Of a DNA stretch of 64,000 nucleotides, positions 20,333-29,470 are shown piece after piece; the first letter of the stretch is position 1, and every line of letters starts with the position of its first letter. The notes beneath the pieces are model-generated. The model was not told the DNA's origin, made no database searches, and saw only the letters and a program-made list of their open reading frames with translations. The DNA comes from a virus (taxonomy: Duplodnaviria > Caudoviricetes): IMG/VR virus record IMGVR_UViG_3300037400_005024, positions 64,001-128,000 of that record; one strand, 5' to 3'. The translations under genes and the position numbers were made by a program.

Positions 20333-20728
20333 TTACCCTCTCACTGGAACAGTGAAGAAATCCTTATTTAGATTATGGATATCACTATTTTTTACATAAA
20401 CATAATAAACTTCATTTAATTTAGCGCTTTTAAAGAATTTTTGATAGTGCTCATCAACAACAAATGGAACAGCATCATGATGCGATGCTTCATCAAAGTT
20501 AAACATTTTATCTAAAAAGAAATAGCCGTTTTTATTCCAATAATTATCTACAAAAGAAACTTTATACTTATCTTTGAATTTAGTTATTTTAATTGTTAAC
20601 CTTTGGTACATTCCTTTTGGCGCCTGAATTAAAGTTCTACCACCTACTTTAACTTCTACATCAGATGGGTTTAATTGTTTCCATTTGGATTCATTTAAAA
20701 ATTTTGTAAAGTTCATTTTAATTTCCAC
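20333..20728 (-). CDS. Late protein, possible internal head protein (start likely MNFTKFLNE)
   Basis: TATAAATA on minus strand at 20753-20760; CTS-like N-terminus. Confidence 0.6.
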   Translation of the reverse strand: MEIKMNFTKFLNESKWKQLNPSDVEVKVGGRTLIQAPKGMYQRLTIKITKFKDKYKVSFVDNYWNKNGYFFLDKMFNFDEASHHDAVPFVVDEHYQKFFKSAKLNEVYYVYVKNSDIHNLNKDFFTVPVRG

Positions 20729-20857
20729 TGTATAATGATTCTGGACATATACTATTTATATACGGTGACATTTACCCAGATATTGATTTATTTGTAGGAT
20801 CTTTTCAACCAAATCCTTTACTTTCATTTTTCAGTTCATTCTTAATACTTCACAAAC

Positions 20858-21067
20858 TTATTCTTCCAACATTGAAAGGTAATTTCTTAACATCTTTAAG
20901 AACTCTTCTTCGGAATTAAGTTGATTTTCTATAATTGCTAATTCGTCTGAGTCTGCATCGTACTCACTTTGTAGATCTTCGTAATAGTTACAATCTAAGT
21001 TGATCTTACGAATTACTTTTTGAATGTCTTGTTGGATTTGGTCTTTTAACTTCTTTGTGTCTGTCAT
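20858..21067 (-). CDS. Small early hypothetical protein
   Basis: AGGAG RBS; early promoter at 21099-21128. Confidence 0.7.
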   Translation of the reverse strand: MTDTKKLKDQIQQDIQKVIRKINLDCNYYEDLQSEYDADSDELAIIENQLNSEEEFLKMLRNYLSMLEE

Positions 21068-21098
21068 ACTTAACTCCTTTTTTTCTTTTTACATTATA

Positions 21099-21128
21099 AT
21101 TATAATACAAAATTTTTAAAAAGTAAAC
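21099..21128 (-). promoter_or_regulatory. T4-type early promoter GTTTAC-N18-TATAAT
   Basis: Same architecture at 21475, 56078 and 61379. Confidence 0.75.
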
Positions 21129-21205
21129 AAAAAATTTTTTTTTCTTAACTAATCACTTAACACGTACCGTAATTTGCATCCAATTCTTGTTTTTAACTCT
21201 TCCCT

Positions 21206-21436
21206 TTAGAAACCTCTAAATGGAACCCAATCAACTTTTAATGCTAAATTGCAACCACTGTCACACCAAGGTAAATTCATTAACTTAAAATGGAGAACTT
21301 CACGTTTTAGAACTGATTTGTCTTTTAGAACTGTTTTTAGAGGAACTTCCACATGTGTTAAACCATTATGTACAACTAATGACTTAATCTCAACGTGTGA
21401 ATTTTTTACTTTATCTAAAACTTCTTGTAATGTCAT
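21206..21436 (-). CDS. Small early hypothetical protein
   Basis: AAGGA RBS; early promoter upstream. Confidence 0.65.
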   Translation of the reverse strand: MTLQEVLDKVKNSHVEIKSLVVHNGLTHVEVPLKTVLKDKSVLKREVLHFKLMNLPWCDSGCNLALKVDWVPFRGF

Positions 21437-21474
21437 TTTCTTTATTCCTTTATTTAATTTGTTTTTACAGTATC

Positions 21475-21504
21475 ATTATAAACCAAAACTTAGAAAAAGT
21501 AAAC
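21475..21504 (-). promoter_or_regulatory. Early promoter GTTTAC-N18-TATAAT
   Basis: Promoter and leader nearly identical to 61351-61410. Confidence 0.75.
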
Positions 21505-21576
21505 TAATTTTTTAAAAAATTTGATACTCCCTTAACAAAATTTTAAAGACACCTGAAAACACCGAGGAGGTTGAGA

Positions 21577-21590
21577 CTATTTATAAATAG
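21577..21590. promoter_or_regulatory. Palindromic late promoter CTATTTATAAATAG (TATAAATA on both strands)
   Basis: Direct reading of the sequence. Confidence 0.65.
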
Positions 21591-21616
21591 TTAAAATACA
21601 CTTTGGTACATAATAA

Positions 21617-22309
21617 ATGATAGATTTAAACGCATTGACTTTATACAAAGAAAAGATAAGTTCATACGTTGATGATTCAATGCCATTGCCTAGTCCTAAA
21701 GATGTTTTAATTCTAAATGATGAATTGATTGATAACTATACGGGTAACGGAATTACTAAAAACGGAAATGTAAAAATTGATGAAAACGGTATAGCAACTA
21801 CTTTCCCAAATCGAACTGACTATGTTGTCACAAACATAGATGTAATGGATTTAAAGGTACCATTCGAAGTTCAAGTCAAATTTAAAGTTTCTGATAAAAC
21901 TGTATTTAGCAACTCAAAAGTCTATTTAGTATCAAACAAAAGATATGCATATCCATTTTTTGAACTGGTAATCGTAGAAGGTAAAATAGTATGCGAGTCG
22001 TTTCCAACTCAATCGTATCCCGCAAATATGTTATTTTATGATTCTTTTGATTTTGATGCAGATCAGTGGTATATCATAAACATAAAGCACGAAGAGAAAG
22101 GAATCTATGAGTGCTCGATATACGATGAAAAATATAACGAATTATATAATAAAACACAGAATCCAGGTCACGAGGTAATCAATCAATCTGACACACTCAT
22201 TTTAGGTAATGATATTGATTTTGCTTCTGGTGGTGCAACATTACAAATTGACCTTTCAGAAACATATTTTAAAAATGGTGATACTATAATTTCAAAGTGG
22301 AATTTGTAA
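21617..22309 (+). CDS. Late beta-rich (lectin/LamG-like) putative virion protein
   Basis: Late promoter; N-terminus resembles that of the adjacent fibre; beta-sandwich-like pattern. Confidence 0.5.
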   Translation: MIDLNALTLYKEKISSYVDDSMPLPSPKDVLILNDELIDNYTGNGITKNGNVKIDENGIATTFPNRTDYVVTNIDVMDLKVPFEVQVKFKVSDKTVFSNSKVYLVSNKRYAYPFFELVIVEGKIVCESFPTQSYPANMLFYDSFDFDADQWYIINIKHEEKGIYECSIYDEKYNELYNKTQNPGHEVINQSDTLILGNDIDFASGGATLQIDLSETYFKNGDTIISKWNL

Positions 22310-22457
22310 ACTACTGTTGACTTAAAGATCTATAAACCAAATCTTAGAAAAAGTAAACAAATTTTTTAAATTTTTTACAAGTATCAAAATTAAATTTAAT
22401 GATGAGGTTCTACCATCATCATATAAATATTATAAAACTTTTTTAGAAAAAAATTGA

Positions 22458-24722
22458 ATGAAATTAGTTTCTCTTGAAAATATAACAAAATATAACGAAC
22501 TATTAAATAAGAAAATCGTTAAATCAGTAAATTCGGTGAAACCTGATGATGATGGTAATATCCTGTTAGGTACTGAGAAGTCAACATTTAACAAAGTTGA
22601 GTATGACACAGGTTATTTCTCAGTAGGTACTTCAAAGACCTATACCTTTGACTTGACAGGCTCAAACCTTGAGAATGTGCCTAAAGATAACATAAACATA
22701 AGACTTGTTGCTAAAGTAGTAACTGCTGGTGATGGTTACAATGTAGGTGATATTATCCAGTTATCACCAGGATTGAACTATGACGATAACTATGGCGACC
22801 TTGACGTATGCTCCTATATACGCGGCAACACTCTTTATGTTTATTCAGGTAAAGTTGGAGCTCTTTCTAATGCAGCCAACAATGGCAGTCATCTACAGAA
22901 AGCCAACGTTCAAATAAAAGCAGTCTTAACTGCCTTTGTACCTGACGATGGCAGTATTCTCCTTATTGCAGAAGACCAAACCAACACCTCTAAACTAATC
23001 GGTCTGCCTGATGGTACATTGACTTGGAAAGATAAAAACCTTGTCCGTTCAGTTAATGATGTTACTGCTGATGAGAATGGTAATGTTGAAATAACTGATA
23101 GTGGTCTTGAGATTGGTGATATAGGTCTTGCTCCTCTTGGCATTGATGAAACAGATAATTGCAGACGTTATCTTAATGGTCAGGTTATTCTTCAATCTCA
23201 ATTCTCAAAGTTTACTGAGAAGTTAAAGCACGCTATTACTCTATATCCTAACCTTGCAACAACAGAACAAAATTGGCAAAGTGCAGTTACTTTAAGCCCT
23301 CTTGGTCAATGTGGTAAGTTTGTTATTGATGATGAAGCAGGTACTATTCGTTTACCTAAAGTTGTTAATGTAATGGGAGCATTGGACTTATCAAGCATTG
23401 GTGAATTACAGAGTGCTGGATTACCTAACATCACAGGTAATTTAGAAGTACAGTTTATTTCCAATGGTGCCCTTACGGAATGTGGAAATCATGCGTTATA
23501 CACTTATGGGTCTTCAGGAAGTATGACAACTGGTGGTGATGGGTATATTGGAAGAGGCATTGCGATTGACGCCTCACGTTCATCGTCAATCTATGGAAAC
23601 TCTACAACTGTCCAGCAAGAAGCAATTAAGTATCCTTATTTCATTCAGGTAGCAACTTCTAATAGTGAAGATGTACAGATTGACACTCAAGTAAGACTTA
23701 ACAATCCATTTAGTTTATTTATGCCTTATTGGTCACCAATAGAGTTAAATAACTTATCTTGGTTACGTTCTAACAAGCAATGGAATAATGGAAGTGTTTA
23801 TACTTCTGCTTATAAGTTCTTACTTGAAAAGTACAATGCAGGTACAGAGCAAACAGAAACCATTGCAGGTGTATCAGTAACTTACAAACGAGCAGACAAT
23901 GGAATGAAGATCATTACTGATAAGAGTGTTTATGATGCTCTTATTTCTGCTAGTGGTAGTGCTTTCTTCTTTGTGTTAGATACTGAAAATACACAGTTTA
24001 TCTTACCTTATACTAATGGCTTTGCTCAGTTTGGTAATGAGTTAGGTAAGTTTACTGAAGCTGGTTTGCCTAATATCACTGGTTCTCGTGTTAATTGGTA
24101 TATGGGATCTAACCAACGTGGATGGACTGATGGTGCAATTTATCCTCATCCCGAAGCAGAGAATATTCCTGTAACTGTTAATGCAGAAAATTGGTACGAA
24201 GGTACAGTAGGTATTAAGTTTGACGCTTCCCGCTCTAGCCCAGTCTATGGCAAATCAGACACCGTACAGCCTAACTCTGTAACAGGTTATCTGTATTTCT
24301 ACATTGGTGAAGTTGAACAAGATGCTAACATCATTGCAACAAGTGGACTAGCAACTGATATTGCTAATCTCAAAAGTAGTGTTGTACGTAGTGTCAACGG
24401 TGTGAATGCTGACGCAAGTGGAAATGTGACTATTAAAACAAGTATCAACCCTGATTATTCGGCTATTGTTACAAAATCAGCAAATACATTATATACAGCA
24501 GAATGTGACGGTATTGTTTTCGCTAGCTTTTATGACTCAGTTAGTAGTGGAGGCTCGGGAATTGGAGTTTCCTTAGAAATTAATGGTCAGTCTTTCGCAG
24601 TTGCGGGTTTGAACATATCAAGTGGAAGTATGCTTCATGGAAGTTCTCTGTCAATGATAGTAAGTAAAGGTGATACTTATAAAACTAATGGTGGCACTTT
24701 AAAATTCATACCATTCAAATAA
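22458..24722 (+). CDS. Tail fibre protein
   Basis: Three VxSVNxVxxDxxGN repeats and two AGLPNITG...DASRSSxxYG.S.TVQ modules; late promoter 22422-22429. Confidence 0.85.
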   Translation: MKLVSLENITKYNELLNKKIVKSVNSVKPDDDGNILLGTEKSTFNKVEYDTGYFSVGTSKTYTFDLTGSNLENVPKDNINIRLVAKVVTAGDGYNVGDIIQLSPGLNYDDNYGDLDVCSYIRGNTLYVYSGKVGALSNAANNGSHLQKANVQIKAVLTAFVPDDGSILLIAEDQTNTSKLIGLPDGTLTWKDKNLVRSVNDVTADENGNVEITDSGLEIGDIGLAPLGIDETDNCRRYLNGQVILQSQFSKFTEKLKHAITLYPNLATTEQNWQSAVTLSPLGQCGKFVIDDEAGTIRLPKVVNVMGALDLSSIGELQSAGLPNITGNLEVQFISNGALTECGNHALYTYGSSGSMTTGGDGYIGRGIAIDASRSSSIYGNSTTVQQEAIKYPYFIQVATSNSEDVQIDTQVRLNNPFSLFMPYWSPIELNNLSWLRSNKQWNNGSVYTSAYKFLLEKYNAGTEQTETIAGVSVTYKRADNGMKIITDKSVYDALISASGSAFFFVLDTENTQFILPYTNGFAQFGNELGKFTEAGLPNITGSRVNWYMGSNQRGWTDGAIYPHPEAENIPVTVNAENWYEGTVGIKFDASRSSPVYGKSDTVQPNSVTGYLYFYIGEVEQDANIIATSGLATDIANLKSSVVRSVNGVNADASGNVTIKTSINPDYSAIVTKSANTLYTAECDGIVFASFYDSVSSGGSGIGVSLEINGQSFAVAGLNISSGSMLHGSSLSMIVSKGDTYKTNGGTLKFIPFK

Positions 24723-24735
24723 AGGAGTTTAAAAA

Positions 24736-25254
24736 ATGTATTGCAAATACGATAACGAAACAAAAAAGTGTCTTGAAGTAGGCACAGGCACAAACACAGA
24801 ATTTTATAAGTCAATCGGTATGGAAGATTTAGAGGTTGAAAAAGCCTATGACGGCTCATATTATCTAAAAGGTTATGCACCAACAAAGCCTTTGGAAGAG
24901 TTTAAAAAGGAGAAATTACAAGAGCTTAGCCAAAAGAGTTCAGCATTTGAGCAAACTGAAAATAAAGAAATGTATATTATATCCTCACTTGGATATAAGG
25001 TAAATGCAGATCCTAAAGCATTAAGAAACATTAATGTGTTAATCTCTCAAAAGGTGACACAATTCAAGGTATATGACAACACCATAAAATCTGTTACTGT
25101 TGAGGATTTAAAGATTATTAAGTCAGAAATTGAGCAAAACGCATTAAACCTTTATCATCAGAAATGGACTTTTGAAGATTTAATCAATAAAGCAGAAACA
25201 AAAGAAGAGTTAGATGCTATTGAGATTAAATTTGAAATGTTAGATTTTTCGTAG
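24736..25254 (+). CDS. Tail fibre assembly-type protein (DUF4376-like)
   Basis: Follows the fibre; EKAYDGSYYLKGYAP, KWTFEDLINKAETKEELDAI. Confidence 0.75.
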   Translation: MYCKYDNETKKCLEVGTGTNTEFYKSIGMEDLEVEKAYDGSYYLKGYAPTKPLEEFKKEKLQELSQKSSAFEQTENKEMYIISSLGYKVNADPKALRNINVLISQKVTQFKVYDNTIKSVTVEDLKIIKSEIEQNALNLYHQKWTFEDLINKAETKEELDAIEIKFEMLDFS

Positions 25255-25305
25255 GTTAGAATAAATTAGATATTTCATAATTTGTTTAATTTTTGAAAAG
25301 AATTT

Positions 25306-25416
25306 AAAAAGTCTTTATATATCAATAACTTAGTTAAAACAATACTTTTATTAAGTTATTGATTTATAAAGACTTTTTTATTTTCATTAAAATGGTAAAT
25401 GTACTATATTGGAAAG
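25306..25416 (+). repeat. Dispersed intergenic element copy 2 (inverted IHF-like pair)
   Basis: ATCAATAACTTA-N19-TAAGTTATTGAT ... GTAAATGTACTATATTGGA. Confidence 0.85.
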
Positions 25417-25606
25417 ATTCTTTTATAGAAAATTTTTTCTGAGAAAAACTTTTTAAAATACGTTTTTTAATATAGAAAAGTATGAATTTTAAATTTTCTC
25501 AGAAATTTTAAACAAAGTGTCATTTCTCAGACTTTTCAAACAAAAAAATGCAGACTTTTTAAAGACTGCATTTCTAAATTTCAGCGAATTTCAGCTAATT
25601 TCAAAT

Positions 25607-25873
25607 TTATTCAAGAGTTGTTCTTTTCCAAGATACTCTATCTTTTTTGCCATATCTTAATTGAGACAGTTTATCTGTACAAGGTGTACCAGTTGTTCGG
25701 TAACAATTAAAGCCTGTGTCCCAAATTAAATTCATCCAGTTAGCATGTTTTCTTTGACATCTTGGACCGTCTAATAGACCACAGAAAGAATTTGAATAAA
25801 ACTTGTCCTTTAAAAGTTTAATACGTTTAATGAAATGATTCTTTTTAGAAATGTTTCTTTCAAGTTTATTCAT
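25607..25873 (-). CDS. Small basic hypothetical protein
   Basis: AGGAG RBS; hairpin terminator near 25545-25573. Confidence 0.6.
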   Translation of the reverse strand: MNKLERNISKKNHFIKRIKLLKDKFYSNSFCGLLDGPRCQRKHANWMNLIWDTGFNCYRTTGTPCTDKLSQLRYGKKDRVSWKRTTLE

Positions 25874-25887
25874 ATTAGAACTCCTAT

Positions 25888-26178
25888 TTAACCTACTTTA
25901 ACATCAGAAGAACCTGTGACTATAGTTCCACCGCAAGATTCTGCGTCACTAATACATGCGATATTTTTACCGTTAACTAAAACTTGTCTACTAGGAGCAA
26001 CAACTACTCCGGAATGAGATGGATGAACAACACATCCATGAGCTTCAAAAACAGAACCATCAATCGCACATGGTTTGCCATTTATCAAAACATCTGAACT
26101 AACTTTATCAACTATTGGAACACCAGGACAAGCATCATGTCCTGAACTCTTATCTCCTTTTCTAGCTACAAATGGCAT
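25888..26178 (-). CDS. PAAR-repeat spike tip, gp5.4-like
   Basis: ARKGD..GH, VLINGKP, CGGTIVTGSSDVKVG. Confidence 0.92.
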   Translation of the reverse strand: MPFVARKGDKSSGHDACPGVPIVDKVSSDVLINGKPCAIDGSVFEAHGCVVHPSHSGVVVAPSRQVLVNGKNIACISDAESCGGTIVTGSSDVKVG

Positions 26179-26187
26179 TTAAAACTC

Positions 26188-26931
26188 CTAATTTAAAGAT
26201 ATTGGTGAACCCTTCAGAGTATGTGCACCTGAAGCTGTAGAAGTTATTGTATTTGCAGTATTTGTAAAACTTCCACTTGTAGTTGTTTTTGTATCTCCAT
26301 TAACAGTTGTTTCTAAATTACCTTGAACTGTAATTGTAGAATTACCACCAATTTTAATTGTTGAATTCTTACCTATATCCCAGGTTACATTATCAGTGAT
26401 TTTAATATCAGCATCTTTTACACCTAGAACTTTAATATTACCTTCATGGTCTATCAAAATATCTGTTCCAGTTTTATGATGAATATGAATGCGTTCATCT
26501 CCAGAACTATCATCAATTTCTATAAGATGACCAGATTGTGTTTTAATTGCTTGATTATAATTGTACTTATCACCTGAAATTGGTCCAAGATCTGAACCTT
26601 CCTGTTGTGGAAATTTTCCTTCAGGATCTCCAAAACCATCTTGATCTTTTTTGGAATTGCCAAGAACTGTTCCAATAATCACAGGAATGTTTGGATCATC
26701 ATTCATGAGCATTATCCATACCCATGTTCCTTGGTGCATAATTGAAGAAACTCCAACTCCACCAATATTTCCAAATGCAGTACTACCTACAGCTTCTGCC
26801 CATGGTAAATCCGCATTGTTAGAAACACCAAATCCAGATGTGTTACCATCTACCAAGCCGAAAATTCTAACTTGATATCTTCCTAACTGATCTGGATCTT
26901 TATTGTTTGTTATGACGCCTTTATATAACAT
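26188..26931 (-). CDS. gp5: Baseplate central spike gp5 (OB-fold plus beta-helix, no lysozyme domain)
   Basis: DPDQLGRYQVRIFG, LPWA, TQSGHLIEIDDSSGDERIHIHHKTG; late promoter 26940-26947. Confidence 0.9.
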   Translation of the reverse strand: MLYKGVITNNKDPDQLGRYQVRIFGLVDGNTSGFGVSNNADLPWAEAVGSTAFGNIGGVGVSSIMHQGTWVWIMLMNDDPNIPVIIGTVLGNSKKDQDGFGDPEGKFPQQEGSDLGPISGDKYNYNQAIKTQSGHLIEIDDSSGDERIHIHHKTGTDILIDHEGNIKVLGVKDADIKITDNVTWDIGKNSTIKIGGNSTITVQGNLETTVNGDTKTTTSGSFTNTANTITSTASGAHTLKGSPISLN

Positions 26932-26948
26932 TTTTAAAATATTTATAA

Positions 26949-27158
26949 CTAAATGTTCTTAAAAGAATTCACAATAATGTCATAAACAAAATTTGAATAC
27001 TTTTCTGAAATTGTTAAAAATGAAAATAGATTTAAAACAATTAAAGCGCTTATTAAGCATATCAAAATTATTAGTAAAAATACTGCACTAAAAAATCTTT
27101 TAAATAAAATTTTAATAGAAAAGTCTTTATTGAAAATATTAGAAAATTTTAAAAACAT
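26949..27158 (-). CDS. Small membrane protein
   Basis: Hydrophobic helix, AAGGA RBS. Confidence 0.5.
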   Translation of the reverse strand: MFLKFSNIFNKDFSIKILFKRFFSAVFLLIILICLISALIVLNLFSFLTISEKYSNFVYDIIVNSFKNI

Positions 27159-27169
27159 TTTAAAATCCT

Positions 27170-27556
27170 TTAAAGTTCAACCGTTTTTGTTACCTTTTTA
27201 TCGGTTTCATCATAACCGTTGAATTCAATCTTTAAATGTGTATCAGAAATATCAATCTTGTTTGAAAGATACTGAAGCATATGCTTAACTCTGAGAACAA
27301 ATGAATCGAAATAAGTTACACTATCCTCATTATTATAATAAAAACTAATTATATAATCTCCGTGTAATTCTTCTTGAAATTCACTTGCGAGAAGAGCAGT
27401 TATTCTTTTACTGTTATTTACGAAAATTTCAATAGGCTTATCATTTGAATTTGTAAATTCTTTAAGTTCAGACATTAAAAAATAAATGTGAGAGTCCATT
27501 TGCTCTTGTGAAGCATAGTCTAGTGAAAGTAAAATATTTCCAGATAATCTTAGCAT
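27170..27556 (-). CDS. Hypothetical protein
   Basis: ORF in tight operon. Confidence 0.65.
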   Translation of the reverse strand: MLRLSGNILLSLDYASQEQMDSHIYFLMSELKEFTNSNDKPIEIFVNNSKRITALLASEFQEELHGDYIISFYYNNEDSVTYFDSFVLRVKHMLQYLSNKIDISDTHLKIEFNGYDETDKKVTKTVEL

Positions 27557-27844
27557 TTAAAATTCCTTGAATGTTTCAACTGTTTTGTCTGTGTCGATTT
27601 TGTACTTTTCAGAATTTCGTTCATTATAAAGATCTACAAACTGTTTCATTGAATCTTCATCAATAATGAAGGTTGTTGGAAACCCTAAAAAATCATGTCC
27701 TTCTACGTAAAACTCAAATTCATCGGTGTTATTCTCATCATTCCTATAACGAACAAATGAAAAAACTTCTGCGGGCTGGTAAATGAATTTACTAAATAAA
27801 AATCGAAAAAATGATTTAATCTTAAGAATTGCTGAAAATATCAT
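27557..27844 (-). CDS. Hypothetical protein
   Basis: ORF in tight operon. Confidence 0.6.
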   Translation of the reverse strand: MIFSAILKIKSFFRFLFSKFIYQPAEVFSFVRYRNDENNTDEFEFYVEGHDFLGFPTTFIIDEDSMKQFVDLYNERNSEKYKIDTDKTVETFKEF

Positions 27845-27874
27845 GATTAAAACTTCTGTAAAAAAAAAATAAAA

Positions 27875-27931
27875 TCTGAGAGTTCCTTCCCAAGAGTTTG
27901 GTAAGATTTGTTGTAAACAACAGACTCACCG
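27875..27931 (-). mobile_element. 57-bp remnant of the tnpB 3-prime end/omega-RNA 5-prime part
   Basis: Reverse complement CGGTGAGTCTGTTGTTTACAACAAATCTTACCAAACTCTTGGGAAGGAACTCTCAGA matches 60509-60565 with 3 mismatches. Confidence 0.9.
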
Positions 27932-27932
27932 T

Positions 27933-28376
27933 TTATAACAATAAGTAATTAGGTATTTGCAAATCTAATTTTAAATATTTATTATTTTTTAATTCTATTG
28001 TTTTATTTAAACAATCAAATTCTGAATTTCCTAAACCACTCTCAAAGTTATGTTTCACAATAGCAATTTGAAAATAAGTGAGTTCCATATTGTAAAAATT
28101 TTCTTTAAGATTTAAGTACTCAATTAGTAATTTCTTTTCTCTGTTATTAAAGATCCAAGGTTGTAAACCATTTTCATCTTTATGGATAACATATTTTGGT
28201 TCAGTAAACTTTATTCTTGCAACCTTAGTTGCTGTTCTTAAGGAGTTACTATCATAGAGTTTAAAGTAAGAATTTCTAATTCTTCCAATTCCAGGATTAA
28301 CTGTACATAAAACATCATCGTTTCTAAAAACCGTTGACATTTCATTTAAAAATTCACTAAATCCTTTTAACACCAT
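27933..28376 (-). CDS. Hypothetical protein with CTS-like N-terminus
   Basis: AGGAG RBS; MVLKGFSEFLNE. Confidence 0.7.
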   Translation of the reverse strand: MVLKGFSEFLNEMSTVFRNDDVLCTVNPGIGRIRNSYFKLYDSNSLRTATKVARIKFTEPKYVIHKDENGLQPWIFNNREKKLLIEYLNLKENFYNMELTYFQIAIVKHNFESGLGNSEFDCLNKTIELKNNKYLKLDLQIPNYLLL

Positions 28377-28525
28377 CTTTAACTCCTTCTAATAAGTTGT
28401 AATCCCCTAATAAGTAAATGCTTGTTCACAATACAACTATGATTAACTGGTCCGCTGCGAACTGCTTAAGCGCATAATCATTTAACTCGGATTACAATTC
28501 GGATTACCCGAAGTTCAACTTTTAT

Positions 28526-28602
28526 TGGCGTTTCCTAGAGGATTTGAACCTCTGACATATAGATTAACAGTCTATCGTTCTAACCAACTGAACTAAGGAA
28601 AC
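28526..28602 (-). tRNA. tRNA-Asn(GTT), CCA encoded
   Basis: Cloverleaf GTTTCCT/AGGAAAC, anticodon loop CTGTTAA, GTTCAAATC. Confidence 0.95.
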
Positions 28603-28651
28603 ATTACTAAAATCTAAAACCTTTTCTACAACTAGGTAGATAGGCAAAAAC

Positions 28652-28726
28652 TGGCGTTCCCAACGGGATTTGAACCCGTGTTACCACCGTGAAAGGGTGA
28701 TGTCCTTACCGCTAGACGATGGGAAC
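28652..28726 (-). tRNA. tRNA-Glu(TTC), CCA encoded
   Basis: GTTCCCA/TGGGAAC acceptor stem, loop CTTTCAC. Confidence 0.95.
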
Positions 28727-28779
28727 GTTTAAACTTTTAAAGAACTTTTATCATTGAAATAATGATATTTTAAAACTGA

Positions 28780-28852
28780 TGCTACATGTAAGATTTGAAC
28801 TCACAACCTACTGTTTACAGAACAGTTGCACTACCTATTGTGCTAATGTAGC
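28780..28852 (-). tRNA. tRNA-Thr(TGT), followed by TCA rather than CCA
   Basis: GCTACAT/ATGTAGC acceptor stem, loop TCTGTAA. Confidence 0.9.
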
Positions 28853-29021
28853 AATATTCTTCGATTGTTCTAATTTTTTATTTAAGGAAATGGAAATTAG
28901 TAAAACCTACCGAACCATCCTCGGAAGTACGTACGCATATGTTGCTTCCTAGGTTCTATGCGTACTTTATATATTTTATTTATCAAAAAACTTAATACAG
29001 ACTGTATTAAATTCTAAATAC

Positions 29022-29095
29022 TGATTCCGATAGGACTTGAACCTATATCTTGACAATTATGAGTTGTCTGTTTTAACCAATTAAACTACAGAACC
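29022..29095 (-). tRNA. tRNA with CAT anticodon (elongator Met or Ile2), no CCA
   Basis: GGTTCTG/CGGAATC acceptor stem, loop CTCATAA. Confidence 0.9.
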
Positions 29096-29212
29096 AAACA
29101 TCAAAGTTTAATTTATATTTTATATTTTAAAACAATTCAAACAAAAGGTTTAAAGGTCCAAAAAATTTTAAATTTTAAACAACCATTCACATATATCTCT
29201 TTAGGGATATAT

Positions 29213-29399
29213 CTATCTGGATGTTAGATTGTGTGACCTACATCTACCCTTCAGGGTAGATGCTTCCATTTAGAACTACAGAAGTTGTAATTCTAGTTCA
29301 GACATTTGGGACTTGTGCGTAGCATAGAAATCCAAATGTTTGAAGGTTTTATACTCCGAGAGATCCTTCAAAAGAGTTTGGTGAGATTTGTTGTAAACA
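29213..29399 (-). ncRNA. Stand-alone TnpB omega-RNA (reRNA); predicted guide ACAATCTAACATCCAGATAG
   Basis: Three hairpins with compensatory changes relative to the cis copy; downstream hairpin ATATATCCCTAAAGAGATATAT. Confidence 0.7.
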
Positions 29400-29470
29400 G
29401 TTTATATAAAATCTAAACGTCTGTATATATGAACCTTTAGGTTCATATTTTTTTTATCTGTTGGTTTTGT
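29233..29470 (-). mobile_element. Non-autonomous IS200/IS605 mini-element: left-end hairpin, full omega-RNA scaffold, right-end hairpin
   Basis: Preceded by TTTAT; hairpin ATATGAACCTAAAGGTTCATAT; 29399-29233 aligns colinearly with tnpB 60521-60675; ends in TCAC. Confidence 0.8.

Noticed and set aside
23416-24300. Duplicated AGLPNITG...DASRSS modules in the tail fibre as a DGR or invertible cassette
   Set aside because: In-frame direct repeats diverged at synonymous sites; no adenine-specific pattern noticed; no reverse transcriptase or invertase in the window
28394-29020. Theta/HDV-like or hammerhead ribozymes after the tRNAs
   Set aside because: Could not build the nested double pseudoknot or find a CUGANGA/GAAA core; tRNA trailers are AT-rich
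29213-29232. Self-target of the stand-alone guide within the window
   Set aside because: No second match found by eye beyond a short ACATCCAG near 37172; a computational search is needed
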